Shown: piece after piece, positions 18,403 to 27,843 of the stretch
How positions within the stretch are numbered: position 1 is the stretch's first letter
Layout of the letters: each line of letters opens with the position of its first letter
From: an uncultured bacterium
Lineage (GTDB): Bacteria; T1Sed10-126
Reading direction: 5' to 3'
Length of the DNA: 64,000 bases
Assembly: GCA_964631325.1 (NCBI GenBank)
Contig: CAZVWJ010000012.1
Location: forward strand, 224-64,223
Translations under genes and position numbers: made by a program
Notes under the pieces: model-generated
Told to the model about the DNA's origin: nothing
The model's database searches: none
Seen by the model: only the letters and a program-made list of their open reading frames with translations

Positions 18403-21400
18403 TTAATCCGCCCCCCGTTGCCCGGAATTTTCAGCGTTAACCAAATACTCGGAGAGGATTATTTCCCGGGGCTGATCCTCCCGGCTACTGCCCGGGGACT
18501 CCTTTTCCAGCAGGCCGTCCGGGATGTGACAGCGGAGAACTTCTAAAATTTTTAGGGGATTGCCGGTTGGATTATCAAGCGACTCCAATTTCTGTTTTAT
18601 TTTCCGGGTTGTCTGCCGGGCCGGACGCGCCCCCTGGACAAGATCTATTACCGAGCGAATGTATTGTTGATCGGATTCAGTAAATTTATCGTGGTTTTCC
18701 ACCGCCTGTAGATACTGGACGATGAACTGTTCATTTGTTTGCCCGCCCTGGCGCGAATGTTCAACTTCTTCCTGAAAAAGCTCCTTGAACTGCTGTTTGT
18801 TCTGATTTAATTTTGAATAATAATCGTCCGGCAAATCAAGCCGCTCGGTGCCCTGTTCACATTCCATCAGCGTGGCCGCCCTGTAAAAAGGAAGCGCCTG
18901 GGCCCCGTCCTCTTCGCAGAGGTAGAAACTCTTAACATTCCCCTTGCGAAAAAAGGACAGCAGGCCGGAAGCGGAATTGTCGCCGGTTATTTCTCGAGCT
19001 GTGCGGGCTTTCTTCGGCAACTTCTTGAGCCGGTCAAATAACTCCGGGTTTTGATCACGAACCTCGCGGATTTTGGCCAGGTAATCAAGTTCCGGCGAGG
19101 CTTGATCGCCGCCCTTCTCGTAGGTCTCGGGATCATTGAGCTTCTCATACAACTGTTCCCCGAAAAAACTGTGCGTGGTAACTTCCTCCGCTTCCGTCAG
19201 ATATTTGGCGTCCTCGCCGAGGATATCGTGGAAGGATTGCAGTTTACTGGTCACAATTGCCTCAAGGTTCAAATGTTCCTCCGCCTGGCTGGTCGGGAAG
19301 AAATTAAAAATGTGGATCTCTTCAAAAGGGGTGCCAATACGATTGACGCGGCCTGAACGCTGAAGAACCTTGGTCGGATTCCAGGGTAAATCGTAATTTA
19401 CAATTAAATTCGACTGGTGCAGATTAATTCCCTCGGAGAGAACATCAGTGGTGACAAGGAAACGGATTTCGTCCGCTCCGTTTTCCGGTTCAATACCGGG
19501 ATCAAAATTCTCCCGAATCCTGTCCCGGGCCACCCGCTTGCCCACGGTAGCACCCTGGTAAAGTCTTCGGCTGCTGGAATAAAACATCACCCGGTCCGGG
19601 TAACGCTCGTTAAGCTCCTCGTATAAATACTCCCCCGTCTCCGCGGACTCGGTAAAAATTACAGCAGGACTTTTAGAAAATAGCTCGTTTGATTCAATCT
19701 CTTCCAGCAAACTCTCCAGCTTGGGATCAGTGGTGACATTATTCCAGAGGTGTTTGATTTTCCGGAGAAGCTGGAGATCTTTATTAATGTCAGCAATGAA
19801 ATTATCCGAGAATTTTTCCGCCGCCCAGCGCTTGGCCTTATCCTCCTCAACCAGCTCCAGGAGCCGGGCTTCATTGTCTGCTTCCGCCGAATCCCAGAGT
19901 TCATTTATATTCACGTCTTTACTTACGTAGACTGCTCCCGATTCATACATATCAACAAAATTTTCGTAGGACTCAATAAACCGGCCGAGAGTATTCTTGA
20001 ACGCCAGAAAGCTGCTCTCAAGTCTTTTCACAATTAAACTTTTCATAAACCCCCGAATATTTCGCTGGGACTGCTTCTCGAACTCTTCGACCGGTTCTTC
20101 CAGGTATAAGAGGGGCACATAACGGGCATAGTCCATTTCCTTCAACAACTGAATTGTTTCCTCGAAAACTTCCTCGGTTCCGGAATCAAAATTATATAAG
20201 AGCCGGTGGGGAGGCTTGACCTCGGGGAACTGCACGCCCCGCTTTTCCAGGTCTTCCTTGTAATGTTTTTCCACGTCGGAGCGGGTCCGGCGAATCATTA
20301 CATACTTGAGAATCTTTTCCCTGACCTCTTCGGCCACTTCATCCAGGACATCCTGGTAGCCGGGATCATCGGGGTCGTAATTGCGTTTGCGTTTTTCCAA
20401 TCCTTTGAAAAATTTATGGAGATTTTTGACCCCGGGAATGGTGCTCTGCTTGGGCTCCTGGAATAACTTCAACTGCCGGTAAATATCCTGTTCCGTGTTA
20501 TTGAATGGTGTGGCGGTGACAAGGATAACATCTTTGCCCCAGCAAATCTCCAGCAATTTTTCGTATTTTTCCGTCTGTTCATTACGGAAGCGGTGCGCTT
20601 CATCAACAAGGATTGTGCTGTATTTATCGGGGTTGTTTCTGAGAACGTGATGGAGCTTACCGTGGGACTGGACTTTATAACCCCGGACGCCAAATTCCCG
20701 GAAAGTATCTTCCCAGTAATCCTCCAGCACAGGAGGACAGAGGATTAGTTTCTGCCCTTTCATTTTCTGTGCTAAGAGAGCGGCAATAAAAGTTTTACCC
20801 AAACCGACCACGTCGGCGATAAAAACTCCGCCATATTCATTTAGGATTCTTTGGGCCTGGGCAACCGCCTGTTTCTGATACTCAAGGTCGATGTAGCCCG
20901 GCGGCAGATAATCATCAAAGTCGCGGTCAAGATTGATTTCTTCCTCAAAATATTCGTATAAAAATTTGAGGTACAGCTCATAAGGAGTGATTTCATCATT
21001 CAACCAGGTCTTTCGCGGAATTTGCTCGACAAATTTTTCTGTTATTTCCGTGGATTCCTTCCAGAGCTGTTCAAACTGGTCCTCGGCAAAACGGACGTCC
21101 TCTCTATTTTTAAGCTCCACGTTAAATTCCCGCCGGCCAACCAGACCGGACTCGGAGAAATTGCTGGAACCGGTTATTACCCGACCATAATCCCGGTCAG
21201 CTTCGGAAAAACGGCTGATATAAACCTTGGCGTGGATATCTTCAGAGGGATAGACTCGGAGTTTCAATTTGCCGGACTGAAGCCAGTTGATAAAGGTCCG
21301 GATTCCCGTTTCAACTTCAGGTGCGTCCTCGGAAAGCTCCAGTTCTTGTTGGACCTGCTGTAAATACTGTTCTTCGGCCTGGGTAAAGTTCTCCATATCA

Positions 21401-21648
21401 AGTTTTCGCTGGGCCGACTGATAATGTTCAAAAGTCTTTTGGCCCACGTTGATTCCAACTAAAATATGAATTTCCTCGACGGACTCCAGGTGTTCGTAAA
21501 GGCGATGGAAACCGGAAAGACGAAAATAGCCGACGAGGACATCAAAAGTTCTGGCGTCGGGGAGTGTACTTACAAAGCGATCCAGCAGAGAGGAATGTTC
21601 CTGGTTGGTGAAGAAGGTCAGGTCAGTATCGGTTTCTGAACCGTTCAC
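18403..21648 (-). CDS. PLD-family nuclease domain fused to SNF2-family (DEAH) helicase
   Basis: HxK PLD motif DIHAKVYISRF...GSSNFSESGL; helicase motif I GLGKT, motif II VDEAHRFRN, C-terminal helicase motifs (QRSGRVNRIG); 1081 aa. Confidence 0.8.
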   Translation of the reverse strand: MNGSETDTDLTFFTNQEHSSLLDRFVSTLPDARTFDVLVGYFRLSGFHRLYEHLESVEEIHILVGINVGQKTFEHYQSAQRKLDMENFTQAEEQYLQQVQQELELSEDAPEVETGIRTFINWLQSGKLKLRVYPSEDIHAKVYISRFSEADRDYGRVITGSSNFSESGLVGRREFNVELKNREDVRFAEDQFEQLWKESTEITEKFVEQIPRKTWLNDEITPYELYLKFLYEYFEEEINLDRDFDDYLPPGYIDLEYQKQAVAQAQRILNEYGGVFIADVVGLGKTFIAALLAQKMKGQKLILCPPVLEDYWEDTFREFGVRGYKVQSHGKLHHVLRNNPDKYSTILVDEAHRFRNEQTEKYEKLLEICWGKDVILVTATPFNNTEQDIYRQLKLFQEPKQSTIPGVKNLHKFFKGLEKRKRNYDPDDPGYQDVLDEVAEEVREKILKYVMIRRTRSDVEKHYKEDLEKRGVQFPEVKPPHRLLYNFDSGTEEVFEETIQLLKEMDYARYVPLLYLEEPVEEFEKQSQRNIRGFMKSLIVKRLESSFLAFKNTLGRFIESYENFVDMYESGAVYVSKDVNINELWDSAEADNEARLLELVEEDKAKRWAAEKFSDNFIADINKDLQLLRKIKHLWNNVTTDPKLESLLEEIESNELFSKSPAVIFTESAETGEYLYEELNERYPDRVMFYSSSRRLYQGATVGKRVARDRIRENFDPGIEPENGADEIRFLVTTDVLSEGINLHQSNLIVNYDLPWNPTKVLQRSGRVNRIGTPFEEIHIFNFFPTSQAEEHLNLEAIVTSKLQSFHDILGEDAKYLTEAEEVTTHSFFGEQLYEKLNDPETYEKGGDQASPELDYLAKIREVRDQNPELFDRLKKLPKKARTAREITGDNSASGLLSFFRKGNVKSFYLCEEDGAQALPFYRAATLMECEQGTERLDLPDDYYSKLNQNKQQFKELFQEEVEHSRQGGQTNEQFIVQYLQAVENHDKFTESDQQYIRSVIDLVQGARPARQTTRKIKQKLESLDNPTGNPLKILEVLRCHIPDGLLEKESPGSSREDQPREIILSEYLVNAENSGQRGAD

Positions 21649-21733
21649 ATTTCCAACCTCAAATATATTTTTAAAATGATTAGCTCTTCATGCCTAACTC
21701 CGTAAGAACAACATTCAATATTTTAACATCGGA

Positions 21734-22160
21734 AAAAGCTAAATCGAGGATTCTGTCACGGTAAATCAATCTTACCTGATTTTTGGGGGAATTTTAATTA
21801 TTTTTATTGAGGGACAAAGGGGAGCGTGATGGGGGGACCGTCGCAGAGGCGACATAGCGCAGAGGCGGAGAGGCGAAAGAGCATTAAACCTCGTGATGAG
21901 GGAAAATCAAAGGCAACGGCAAAGTCAAAATGGATTGCCGGGTCAAGCCCGGCAATGACGTCGTTGTATGGATTTCCGTGGGGACGGAGGTTGATTATTG
22001 ATTAATTCTTTTAGCTCGCAGATTAGCGCAGAAAGTGCGGATTTATTATTTTTGTAAATCAAGTTCAAAACCTTCGGATCCTCAGATTAGTGGGATTACA
22101 CGGATTGAAGTTCAAATTCAAAGGCAAGATAACGCAAAGGCGCAGAGGCGCAAAGGAAAT
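21734..22160. repeat. composite intergenic repeat block (several repeat families, hairpin ccgggtcaagcccgg)
   Basis: 21734-21810 recurs at 27408-27482; 21860-21960 recurs at 28550-28644; 21980-22020 and 22131-22155 recur at 16461-16536 and 28329-28750. Confidence 0.75.
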
Positions 22161-22412
22161 TCAATTGAGTAATTGAAAAATTTTAACCCTTAGTTTTTCT
22201 ACTTCCAGAACATCTTGAACATTATTTTGTTGACGAATTTGTTCCAGGGAGAGCAAAGTTTCCAGTTTTCAGTTTAAAGTTTCAAGTTACAGGTTGAAAT
22301 TCAAAATCAATAAGGATTTTGTTCAGGCCGAAGAACTTATTGAAAATTTTACCGAGCATGGGTTCCCCCCAACATACTCCGATTATATTTTCCGCTTCCA
22401 AACCAAGAGCTG

Positions 22413-23171
22413 TTAACCGTTCAACTGGAGGCCTTCTTTGACGCCGAACTTCTTCTCCAGTTCCGGTTCTTTTTCGCCTTTGACGATAATGAGCAGATAG
22501 TCCCCGGTTTCCAGTGTCTCCGAACCCTCCGGATTCTTGATCAGTTCCCGCCCACCGTCACCGTTAGCCTTACTCATCCCCACACAGACACAATTTTGCT
22601 CGTTTTTAATTTCCCAGAAAGCTTCGTCGTAGGTAGAATTAAGATACTTGCATTCCTCAGAAATTAAATACTGCTGTAAATCATAATCCTCATCCCGCTG
22701 GGTACCCCGTAAGATATCATCCTCGAAGAGAGCCACGTCAGACTCATACATATAACTCGTGACCAACTTAGAAGCAACTACAAACTTGGAGACAGCGTAA
22801 GAGACACCGGCATTTTTAAAGGTCTGCTCCAGGTCGTCGTTTTCAAGCACAGCTACGTATTCCAGTTCTTTGTAGTGTTTTTTCATATTCAAAATAGCGA
22901 TCAGGCTCTCATCGTCGGTGTCAAGATTAACAAACACCCGGAGCGAAGCTTCTATGTTAAACTCGGAAAATTTTTCAAATCCGGTTAACTCCCGGTGAAC
23001 AGCGTGGACGTATTCTCCGGGAAATTCTTCTTCTATTTCATCCACGAACTCCGGCTCCTTGGCGACTACAACAACGTTACGGCGCGACGCCACTAAACGC
23101 TGGATAATCATTTCACTGAATGCATCCCAGCCTAAAATAACGACGTGATTTTCAAGTTCTTGCGGTAACAT
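22413..23171 (-). CDS. soluble RCK/TrkA-N + TrkA-C domain protein (K+ channel regulatory subunit)
   Basis: HVVILGWDAFSEMIIQRLVASRRNVVVVAKE Rossmann-like RCK start; no TM segments; 18 bp downstream of the channel gene. Confidence 0.65.
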   Translation of the reverse strand: MLPQELENHVVILGWDAFSEMIIQRLVASRRNVVVVAKEPEFVDEIEEEFPGEYVHAVHRELTGFEKFSEFNIEASLRVFVNLDTDDESLIAILNMKKHYKELEYVAVLENDDLEQTFKNAGVSYAVSKFVVASKLVTSYMYESDVALFEDDILRGTQRDEDYDLQQYLISEECKYLNSTYDEAFWEIKNEQNCVCVGMSKANGDGGRELIKNPEGSETLETGDYLLIIVKGEKEPELEKKFGVKEGLQLNG

Positions 23172-23189
23172 TGAATTCCCTCCGGAAAA

Positions 23190-24245
23190 TCAGAATTTAA
23201 TTCCCTGACTGACTCCAAAAAAAGCTTCAATTTCCTCCATGTTTTCGCCCGTAGCAATTAAAACGAGATAATCTCCCGCCTGCACCTTTACATCGTCAGG
23301 CGGGAGTTTTAACAGCCGGTTATCTTCGGGCTGATTCTTACGGAGCCCGACAACCGGTTCACCATATTCCTCGTAAAAATTTTTAAAAACTTCTCCATAA
23401 TTTCTGTCGTCAAATTCACAATTTTCCGTAACCTGGTATTGCTGGAACTCATGGTCACCATTTTGAGAAATAGAGGCCATTAAATCATTCAGATAATCCG
23501 CCACGTCCGGCTCAAAAATGTAGCTGGCAATCACGCCGGAGGCCGCATCATGTCTGGAAATAACATAGTCAGCACCATTTTCCTTCAGCGTGTCCACCAG
23601 CTCAACATTTTCAACAGTAACAACGTACTCCGGCTGAGAGAATTCGTCCCGAAGATTCAACAAGCCAACCAGAGTATCAGTATCACTATCTGGACTGATC
23701 AGGACCCGGGCCGCTTCATTGACATTGACTTTGGAATAATTATCAAAGTTGTCAAGATCCGTGAACAGGGAAAAAACTGTGTCCCGGTCGAACTCGTTGC
23801 GGATTAAATCAATACTATCCCGGCTATCAGTGATGATCGCCACTTTTTTGCCGGAAAGGACTAACTCCCGGACCACGAGCTCGGTAAAATTATTCCAGCC
23901 GATGACTACGAAATGGTTTACAAAATCAGTGCCATCGTAACCGAGCCGTTTGCGTTCCCGATACTCGGCAAACTTATCCCCGATTTTGCCAACAAGGAAG
24001 CCCAAGAAGCCAAGGCTGGCGAGCACGAAAGCGCCACCGATTATTCTACCGTAGAGCGAGACCGGAAAGTAGTCCCCGTAGCCAACCGTGGTCAGGGTGA
24101 CCAATGAATACCAGAAAGCGTCTCCAAAATTTTGGATATTGGAATCAGCATAAGGTTGTTCAACCACAACCAGCAGTTTCAACAGTAGGAAATAAGCAAC
24201 CACACCCAGAATGCAGTAAAGGGTTCTCTTTACTTTTTTATCCAT
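23190..24245 (-). CDS. RCK-gated K+ channel (2TM pore + TrkA-N/TrkA-C), MthK-like
   Basis: selectivity filter TLTTVGYGDYFP between two TM helices; RCK domain VVIGWNNFTELVVRELVLSGKKVAIITDS. Confidence 0.8.
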   Translation of the reverse strand: MDKKVKRTLYCILGVVAYFLLLKLLVVVEQPYADSNIQNFGDAFWYSLVTLTTVGYGDYFPVSLYGRIIGGAFVLASLGFLGFLVGKIGDKFAEYRERKRLGYDGTDFVNHFVVIGWNNFTELVVRELVLSGKKVAIITDSRDSIDLIRNEFDRDTVFSLFTDLDNFDNYSKVNVNEAARVLISPDSDTDTLVGLLNLRDEFSQPEYVVTVENVELVDTLKENGADYVISRHDAASGVIASYIFEPDVADYLNDLMASISQNGDHEFQQYQVTENCEFDDRNYGEVFKNFYEEYGEPVVGLRKNQPEDNRLLKLPPDDVKVQAGDYLVLIATGENMEEIEAFFGVSQGIKF

Positions 24246-24246
24246 T

Positions 24247-25323
24247 TTAGAATCGCAGCCCCTGTTCTACCTGGAAATAATTTCCAACCGCGCCCATTAT
24301 TTCATTGGTCACAATTAGAACCAAATAATCCTCCGCCTGGATCGTATCTGCGTCAGAAGGTAAAATTTCTAAATGTCGTTCTTCGTCCCCGGGCCGGCTA
24401 TAACCAACCAGCAAACAGCCAAGCTCATTGTACAAGAATTCAAATGCTTCTCCGCAATTTTCACCAACCAATTCACAGTCAGGTTTCACATAATATTGTT
24501 GCAATTCATGATCCCCTTCCGATTCTACGGAGGTCATAAGGTCATTGAGGTAAGCGGCCGCATCCGGTTCAAAAATATTACTGGCAATCAGCCCGGAAGC
24601 AGCGCGGTAACGTGAAACTACATAGTCAGCTCCATTTTCTACCAGAGTCTCCTCCAAATCCTCATTACGCACGGTAACTACGTATTCGGGGCCGTCATAG
24701 TCATCCTTCAAATTCAAAAGGGTGACCAGTGTATCGGAGTCACTGCCGGGACTGACCAGAACCCGGCTGGCAGCTGAAATATTCACCTTTTCAAATCTTT
24801 CGTAATTATCCAACTCCGTAAATAAAACAAAAACATCCTCGGTCCCGTACTCATCGTAAATAAGGTCAATATCGGCTTTGCGATTGGTGACGACTGCAAC
24901 TTGCTGATTGGATTTTAGCAGCTGTTTTACAACCAGCTCAGTAAATTGATTCCAGCCGATAATTAAATGGTGATTTTCAAAATCAGTTCCCGCGTAACCG
25001 AGCCGACGATATTCACGATACTCATTGAACATGTCACCAATTTTACCAATAAACACACCGAGCATCCCCAGACCGGTAAGGACAAAGACCACGGAAATAA
25101 TTTTGCCGAAAAAAGTCGAAGGAAAGGTCATGAAATTACCAGCGCTCCCCAAGCCGGTCGGATTAAGAACTACATACCAGAGGGAATCAACCAGAGTGGC
25201 ATCAGGCTGGGAAGGAGAGAATTGTTCGAATTGAAAATAAGTATAGACGAGTAACACGTAGACAACCAGGACAAGGACAGCATACAGACAATATTTGAGC
25301 CACTTTTTATGCTGAGGGGACAT
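24247..25323 (-). CDS. paralogous 2TM+RCK channel subunit with degenerate selectivity filter
   Basis: same architecture as neighbour but filter region reads VVLNPTGLGSAGNF instead of TVGYGD; 1-bp intergenic gap to the next gene. Confidence 0.7.
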   Translation of the reverse strand: MSPQHKKWLKYCLYAVLVLVVYVLLVYTYFQFEQFSPSQPDATLVDSLWYVVLNPTGLGSAGNFMTFPSTFFGKIISVVFVLTGLGMLGVFIGKIGDMFNEYREYRRLGYAGTDFENHHLIIGWNQFTELVVKQLLKSNQQVAVVTNRKADIDLIYDEYGTEDVFVLFTELDNYERFEKVNISAASRVLVSPGSDSDTLVTLLNLKDDYDGPEYVVTVRNEDLEETLVENGADYVVSRYRAASGLIASNIFEPDAAAYLNDLMTSVESEGDHELQQYYVKPDCELVGENCGEAFEFLYNELGCLLVGYSRPGDEERHLEILPSDADTIQAEDYLVLIVTNEIMGAVGNYFQVEQGLRF

Positions 25324-25557
25324 ATTTAATGCTCCCTTCGGAAGCCAAAATCATTCACCTATGTGAACGGTCTAGCAGACATCAGTCAAAAGGCAGACAA
25401 CTCGTGGAGCGTTCCGGTTTACAAACTGATTCCTCTTTATAGAGTCACTCTTCTTTGGATTTTATACTCTACCTGAATATTTTAGATAAAAATTCAAATA
25501 AGGAAAACACTTTCTTGGTTGGGGGATTGAGGAAAAATTTCAAATTCCTGTCAGAAG

Positions 25558-25690
25558 CTCGCAGATTGGGGCGGGTGGACGCAGATTAATGATTAATTTC
25601 TCTGCACTATTGCGGGATTATACAAATTTCGTGTTCGAGCCTGCTGAAGTTTTTTATGGAGACAATCATTCATTAGATTCTCAAACATGT
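25558..25690. repeat. intergenic repeat (ctcgcag...tctgcactattgcgggattatacaaattt...) shared with 16536-16660
   Basis: near-identical block continuing into the 3' end of the AlbA_2 gene. Confidence 0.7.
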
Positions 25691-25692
25691 AA

Positions 25693-27210
25693 TCAGTCAA
25701 GCTGAAGTTCCCAGTGCCCCTCTTTTCTGCCTCCAACTCGCTTTAAAATTTCTTCCTCCCTGAGTTTTTTAATATTCCTCTCTACTGACCGCGGGCTTAT
25801 TCCAATGTTATTTGCGAGCTTTTGAATGGTAATGTTTTCATTCTCGTATATTTCCTGGCATATCTCTCTTTGGTTTTGATTCATCCTAGCCCAATTTTTC
25901 CCAACCTTTTCCGACGCTTTTCCGACGCTTTTCCGACGCTTTTCCGAACCTGTGTCCACACCTTTAAATTCAGAATGAATGGGTAGGGTTGCAAGAAAAT
26001 AAGTGCGATTTCTGTCCGTTTCAAAGCGGGCCTCCGGAGAACCATTTTGTTGCATGTTTCTCCGGATCTTGGGGACGCCTGTGCTGCGGCCCTCGGAGAG
26101 GTCCAGTTCCTTGAGGAAATCACCAATTCTGCGATTGCGGTAGCGCCGGGCGATGACTTTTCCCTTCTCAAAATCCTCCATATTTACGGAGCGAACCGGT
26201 CCCGGAATACTCAGGACATTGATTTCGTTCGGGGATATCCGGACCTCGATCGGTTCCCGTTCCTGGTAACTCCGGTGGTAGGCCGCGTTAACGATAACCT
26301 CTTCCAGGGCGGGATAAGGATAGTTGTAGAATCGTTCGGCTTCGGCCCGGTCATCGTGCTTAATGACCCGTTCCTCGATAACGGAGTTTTTCAAGTATGA
26401 GAGGGTTTGCTGGATCTGATGGTCCAGCGGCCCCTGGAAAATCTTCTCGTCGAAGACGTCTCCGCCTTCCTGGTCGCGGAAGTGGACTACTTCAATTTGT
26501 GCTGTCGGAAAGTATTCGTGCGGTTCCGGCGTGAAGAAAAGAAGGCCAACGTTCCGGGGAGCAAGATGGGAGTTTATTTTATCGGCAATTTCCATCTGCT
26601 GACAGAGTTCACCAAACGGAACGTCATCGATGTCCTCATACAGTTCACTATTGACTTTTTTCAGAAATTGGCGGATCAGTTGCTTGTCCAATTCATCAAC
26701 GTCAACACGCTGATTAATCCGATCATCAAAAGGTATGTTGGCTGTTAACTCAATTAACTCCGTCCGAGTTTGGCCGCGAGCTCTAACCGTTTCGGCCCCC
26801 TGGCGGATATAATATTCATAGTCGGGGTTGTCACCAAAAGAATCTGGTGCCTGATAGGGACGATTCTGGCCGCCGGGAATCCAGATGACAAGGATGTTTT
26901 TGCCGTCGTAGACCTCAGGAACCGGGCGAGGTTGATACTCCGGATCGAGCCGTTTGCATTTTCCACGCAGTTCCTTCTGAATCTGCTCGATCTCGGTGGG
27001 ATTTAATCCGGCAGGAGGAAGCACCGGCTGACCGCTGTCACTGTCAATACCGAGAATTACGTAACCACCGCCCAGGTTGTGAAAATCATTAGCGAAAGCA
27101 CAGATTTCCTGGATGGTAGAAAGAGGCTGCCAGCCCTTTTTGAATTCGAGCCTTTCCGACTCCACCGCTCGGCCGTGGATAAGACCATCCAAGCTAACTG
27201 GTAAACTCAT
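25693..27210 (-). CDS. AlbA_2 (Schlafen-like) domain protein with HATPase_c_4-like and C-terminal wHTH (paralog of 16987-18402)
   Basis: LEFKKGWQPLSTIQEICAFANDFHNLGGGYVILGIDSDSGQPV; EEVIVNAAYHRSYQEREPIEVRI; C-terminal HTH ...GGRKEGHWELQLD. Confidence 0.7.
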   Translation of the reverse strand: MSLPVSLDGLIHGRAVESERLEFKKGWQPLSTIQEICAFANDFHNLGGGYVILGIDSDSGQPVLPPAGLNPTEIEQIQKELRGKCKRLDPEYQPRPVPEVYDGKNILVIWIPGGQNRPYQAPDSFGDNPDYEYYIRQGAETVRARGQTRTELIELTANIPFDDRINQRVDVDELDKQLIRQFLKKVNSELYEDIDDVPFGELCQQMEIADKINSHLAPRNVGLLFFTPEPHEYFPTAQIEVVHFRDQEGGDVFDEKIFQGPLDHQIQQTLSYLKNSVIEERVIKHDDRAEAERFYNYPYPALEEVIVNAAYHRSYQEREPIEVRISPNEINVLSIPGPVRSVNMEDFEKGKVIARRYRNRRIGDFLKELDLSEGRSTGVPKIRRNMQQNGSPEARFETDRNRTYFLATLPIHSEFKGVDTGSEKRRKSVGKASEKVGKNWARMNQNQREICQEIYENENITIQKLANNIGISPRSVERNIKKLREEEILKRVGGRKEGHWELQLD

Positions 27211-27407
27211 AAAAACCTCTTCTCAATCCTGGTGGACAATGGAATTTTTTGATCTTTTTATAGAAAGACAGAACCAACCTGGAAAATACACACACCACCA
27301 GAACTCCGGGCTCAAACAGTCTTTTAGTTCCGGATTGGCGCGTTAAAACCAACAATGACAAATCGTTAGAAGACTCCGCTTGTGAGACATCAACTATTTT
27401 AGCATTG

Positions 27408-27482
27408 AAAAAAACTAAATCGAGGATTCTGTTACGACAAACACAATATTACCTGATTTTTGGGGGAATTTTTAATTATTTC
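27408..27482. repeat. intergenic repeat (aaactaaatcgaggattctgt...acctgatttttgggggaatttttaattatt) shared with 21734-21810
   Basis: direct visual alignment, ~85% identity. Confidence 0.7.
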
Positions 27483-27582
27483 AGGGGTGCAACGGCTATT
27501 TATTTTATTGCCGCAGGCCCAGGATTTAGAAAATTCTGAGTTGAAGGTGGAAAAATTAAGAGCTAAATAGCTATAATATAAT

Positions 27583-27843
27583 TCAGGCGAGTTTTTCTGT
27601 CTGGTGAGAAATAAATCTTAGGAAAATTCTCTGTTCTCTGTCAGTTAATTCTTCGAAACGTTCCTTGAATTCAGACGGAGAGAGATTATTTAGTTTTATA
27701 TCCCCCTGCAGAGCATCCACCGGAGCCGGCAGAGTCTCCGCGGTTACTTCTTCGTAGTTTTCCTCGAAGTAATTGGTTTCAGATTCTATCTGCTCCCGCT
27801 CATTCTCCCAGTAACGCACATCCGAATCATCAATCATCATCAA
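27583..27843 (-). CDS. small acidic hypothetical protein, possible antitoxin-like partner
   Basis: 86-aa ORF overlapping upstream small ORF by 4 nt (ATGA). Confidence 0.3.
   Translation of the reverse strand: MMMIDDSDVRYWENEREQIESETNYFEENYEEVTAETLPAPVDALQGDIKLNNLSPSEFKERFEELTDREQRIFLRFISHQTEKLA

Noticed and set aside
12545-21648. Calling the locus DISARM or BREX
   Set aside because: No DrmA/DrmB (DUF1998) or PglZ/BrxC/BrxL candidates are recognisable by eye, so only a resemblance is claimed.
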